Source of the DNA: an uncultured Candidatus Entotheonella sp.
GTDB lineage: Bacteria > Tectomicrobia > Entotheonellia > Entotheonellales > Entotheonellaceae
Direction of reading: 5' to 3'
DNA length: 64,000 nucleotides
Assembly: GCA_965215335.1 (NCBI GenBank)
Contig: CBDCDA010000002.1
Span: 928,001-992,000 of the forward strand
Under the pieces are notes generated by a model. The model saw nothing but the letters and a program-made list of their open reading frames with translations, had not been told where the DNA came from and searched no databases. This document shows, in pieces, positions 61,251 to 64,000 of the stretch; position 1 is the first letter of the stretch, and every line of letters begins with the position of its first letter. The translations under genes and the position numbers were made by a program.

Positions 61251-61847
61251 CTATTCCTGCCAGCCGGCTGAGCAGATACCGCTTCTATTGCGTCCAAACT
61301 GCTGGCGGTTGTTTGTCGGCGGCGTTCCATTTCGCCGTTGGAATGCTTTATGAATCCAGTCGCGGATGGCACGGGCCGCCTGGTCGACCCGCCACGCAGG
61401 GCTCCATTGGTCGATGGCCAGCGGCCACTCGTAAACGACTGCATAGGGATCAAACCCTGCACAGTTATCCGCCAGTCTTGGTGGTATCAGACGACGATTA
61501 CATTGCGTTGTGAAATGATTCGGATGGTTTGGGAGCAGGATGCCCAACAGACCGCATCGGGAATTCTTCTTGGTATCCCGCAGGCTGGAACCTATCTCCC
61601 AGTCCACGTGCTTTCGCTGCCACGTGCAGGGGCCGATCAATACCACCGTCACGGTTGCGTCGGCGATGAACTCGTCGCGGATTCTCTGACGAATCGTCCC
61701 CGTTTTGAGGTTGGCGTCATCTATGTCCCCGTCTTCTACCGACTTATCCACAATATCGTCTCCCATCATGTGGACGAATAAATCCTTGTATGTCTGATCC
61801 TCATGGTGGAAGCTGACGAATACCTTATGTCTGTCTGCTTGGGCCAT
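61251..61847 (-). CDS. TIR-domain protein (ThsB/MTH538-like)
   Basis: HKVFVSFHH, TVTVVLIG, KHVDWEI with the catalytic Glu, IPPRLADN; GGAGG RBS. Confidence 0.85.
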   Translation of the reverse strand: MAQADRHKVFVSFHHEDQTYKDLFVHMMGDDIVDKSVEDGDIDDANLKTGTIRQRIRDEFIADATVTVVLIGPCTWQRKHVDWEIGSSLRDTKKNSRCGLLGILLPNHPNHFTTQCNRRLIPPRLADNCAGFDPYAVVYEWPLAIDQWSPAWRVDQAARAIRDWIHKAFQRRNGTPPTNNRQQFGRNRSGICSAGWQE

Positions 61848-61857
61848 TGCCGCCCTC

Positions 61858-61923
61858 CTACATTTGCTCCAGGTCGGTCATCAAATCCTCCACGCCAGCG
61901 ATCTCTGCCAGCAGTCGGTTGTA
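61858..61923 (-). pseudogene. C-terminal fragment paralogous to 62815..63297
   Basis: YNRLLAEIAGVEDLMTDLEQM* versus YNRLLADIADVEDLTDLEGPGGV*. Confidence 0.7.
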
Positions 61924-61956
61924 GGGGGATATGAGGCTACTCAATCTTGAATTGCT

Positions 61957-62286
61957 CTAGAGGTACTCTACGTGACCCATCATCTCTTCCGCTTCCAATA
62001 CCTGATGGATCAACATCAAACCAGAAATGATCTTGCCAACCGTATTTTCCTGAGTTGTGCAAACAATCCCTCCGTGGCCCGCACCTACTGCTGCCAGACG
62101 GAGAAAATCATCATCCTGAGTGAAGATGACGCGTCCTTCTCCTTTCGCCCTTCTCAAATGTTCTTCGTCAGACGCTCCCCGCGTTCCCGCTTCTGGAACA
62201 GTCAATACATCCACACCCCTTCGACGTAGACCCATCACAACGGCTTTTGAGACATGCTCATCCGTGTAGAACTTAATCTTCGCCAT
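61957..62286 (-). CDS. DUF5615 PIN-like toxin
   Basis: FYTDEH, LRRRGVDV, SDEEHL, IFTQDDDF. Confidence 0.85.
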   Translation of the reverse strand: MAKIKFYTDEHVSKAVVMGLRRRGVDVLTVPEAGTRGASDEEHLRRAKGEGRVIFTQDDDFLRLAAVGAGHGGIVCTTQENTVGKIISGLMLIHQVLEAEEMMGHVEYL

Positions 62287-62596
62287 CCTGCTTCTGTTCT
62301 TGAAGCTTTTCAGGAAGTTTCGAAAAGGTCTGCTGGCGTAAGGCTTTCACAAAGGCTTTGCGTTCTTCAAGCGCCTGGTCGATCTCAGTCCGGTGATCGA
62401 AATAGTAGGCCAATGCCGCATACACGTCCGCCAGGGTCAGGTCGTACTCGGTGGCGATCTCATCGGCGCTCTTGCCTATGCGCTCGTGCCAGACGACGAT
62501 GTTCTCCACGGTAATTCGATGTCCGGCAACGCGAGGCTTGCCGCTTGATATGCCAAGGGTAATCTCGATATGTTGATTCAAAGTTTCCGTTGCCAT
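62273..62596 (-). CDS. DUF433 antitoxin
   Basis: GKPRVAGHRITV, EIATEYDLTLADVYAALAYY. Confidence 0.88.
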   Translation of the reverse strand: MATETLNQHIEITLGISSGKPRVAGHRITVENIVVWHERIGKSADEIATEYDLTLADVYAALAYYFDHRTEIDQALEERKAFVKALRQQTFSKLPEKLQEQKQDGED

Positions 62597-62644
62597 CTGA
62601 ATTTCCTTTTGGAATGAGATTTGAGGTGGGCAATGCTGAACATC

Positions 62645-62812
62645 ATGCCGCCTCGGTTCGTTCGTTCAAAACGATTGTCATCGTCAATGTCCCCGTCACC
62701 GACTGATTCGTCTACGATGTCGTTCCCCATCATCACGAACGAAGCGCTCCTTGTATGCTTGGTTTTGGTGATGGAAGCTGATGAACACCCTGTGTCTTGG
62801 AGTTTGATACAT
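62645..62812 (-). pseudogene. truncated, frameshifted second copy of the ThsB-like TIR gene
   Basis: MYQTPRHRVFISFHHQNQAYKERFVR / frameshift / MMGNDIVDESVGDGDIDD matches the N-terminus of 61251..61847. Confidence 0.75.
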
Positions 62813-62814
62813 GG

Positions 62815-63297
62815 TTACACTCCCCCAGGTCCTTCCAGGTCTGTGAGATCTTCCACGTCGGCGATGTCCGCCAGCAATCGGTTGTAGTTGCGCAAGTCCT
62901 CCTGCAAGGCGCTCAGTTCCGCACGGAATTCGCTTCGTCCGGCCACATCATCAAATGCGCCGGACAACGACGCCGTGTGCCACTTCGCGGTGAATGGCCG
63001 AACGATCTGGTTCAGGACGGGAATCGCAACCGTGCTGAATCGAATCGTCTTCCGACCATGCCGCCGAAGAATCTCCCGGGTGGCCGGGAAGAGGGAATAG
63101 ACGCTGTCCGGAGCCGTCTTCTCGTCGCCTGCGTCGGCTGGCAGCGGTCGGGTAACGATGCGTGTCAGCATCTCGACGTACAACTCCCACGCGGCGTCCT
63201 GGTCGTCCGGTTGGAAGTCAATTTCCAGGCTGAGCCAGCGTGGACCAAGCTTGACTTTACCCAGATGGAAATTCTTGAACTTTTCACCCAGATTCAT
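62815..63297 (-). CDS. helical hypothetical protein, directly upstream of a TIR gene
   Basis: 160 aa, GGAGG RBS, DAAWELYVEMLTRI...SVYSLFPATREILR...LNQIVRPFTAKWH. Confidence 0.75.
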   Translation of the reverse strand: MNLGEKFKNFHLGKVKLGPRWLSLEIDFQPDDQDAAWELYVEMLTRIVTRPLPADAGDEKTAPDSVYSLFPATREILRRHGRKTIRFSTVAIPVLNQIVRPFTAKWHTASLSGAFDDVAGRSEFRAELSALQEDLRNYNRLLADIADVEDLTDLEGPGGV

Positions 63298-63489
63298 CCC
63301 GAGCCCTCCGATAATTCCGTATCCAACTCCGCCTCTCCAGCAGCGGAATGGCCCCACGCTGTCCTTCGGCAACACGGACGTCGACCGGGCCCTGAAAACG
63401 CTCTTGACACTACCCGGCCGTATCAGGCTCCTGAGTGCGAGAAACCTCCGGGGGATTCACCTGACCATCAAGGCCGCAGAGATGCGCGG

Positions 63490-64000
63490 TCAGGCTGCAA
63501 ACCGGCGAATATCCTCAGCGCCCTTTTCCTTGAAGTCGCCCAGAATCGGGTACTGGGTGTCGGCGTTCCGGGTGAGATAGAGGCGTTCCTTCTTTCCCAA
63601 AGCCTCCATATCCTCGTGAACGATAAGGCTGATAAATGGCGGTGCCGTCTTCTGGAATTCGAGCAGAGAAATGGCCACACTCTTGGCCTTATCGTTGCCG
63701 CGCACACCGAAGACATAGAAGTTGCGGCTGTTGTGGGTCAATTGCCAGTCCACGCTGATGATGGGGTAGTCAGCCATTGGGGACTGATCTGCCTTTGGGG
63801 AAAACGCGCTCATCTCGGATGTGATGTAATCGTGCAAGTCGTCATAGAAGGTGCTGCGAATGACCTCCCGGTTCCAATACCGCATGTTGCACACCTTTTG
63901 TGCACAACCCACGAACTGGAGCATGCTTTCGTAGAGCCTGCTGACGGGCGTATCCAGATAGAGATTCCCGTCGTCGTTGCTTACCCCGTTGTTGGCGAGA
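63490..64000 (-). CDS. DUF1828-like protein, 5' end outside window
   Basis: open frame from the window edge: GVSNDDGNLYLD...VIRSTFYDDL... Confidence 0.5.
   Translation of the reverse strand, partial: LANNGVSNDDGNLYLDTPVSRLYESMLQFVGCAQKVCNMRYWNREVIRSTFYDDLHDYITSEMSAFSPKADQSPMADYPIISVDWQLTHNSRNFYVFGVRGNDKAKSVAISLLEFQKTAPPFISLIVHEDMEALGKKERLYLTRNADTQYPILGDFKEKGAEDIRRFAA

Larger units (their letters stand above)
34993..64000. mobile_element. tmRNA-anchored degenerate genomic/defence island (right end outside window)
   Basis: abrupt switch from core genes to primase relic, IS elements, tyrosine recombinase, ardC/ssb, TA, R-M and TIR genes right after ssrA; no second copy of the ssrA 3' end seen. 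Confidence 0.75.

Overview
GC-rich bacterial chromosome segment in two halves. 1-34992 is core/metabolic DNA: metH with Rieske proteins, hydrolases, two orphan TRAP solute-binding proteins, an atypical PQQ dehydrogenase plus cytochrome c, tRNA-Phe, a UGA-interrupted SelW/Rdx selenoprotein missed by the ORF track, aceE-aceF-lpdA, DUF1800/DUF1501, smpB and tmRNA (tag ANDYEVALAA). From the tmRNA 3' end (~34993) to beyond the window edge lies a decaying genomic island. It holds att-like relics, a primase fragment joined by an IS5 element to a tyrosine recombinase, an ssDNA/establishment module (ssb, SWIM+Rad52-like annealase, ardC, a second beta-clamp), TA pairs, a type III R-M locus with broken res, IS630/IS5 elements, and a type I R-M locus carrying darTG and a ThsB-like TIR module. 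The most striking unexplained signal is non-coding and lies in the establishment module: four copies of a covarying four-hairpin leader that sequesters the ribosome-binding site of four consecutive genes, bracketed by two opposite-strand clusters of GGA-containing hairpins, plus a structured leader on the recombinase. All protein calls are from motif recognition by eye; no searches were run.
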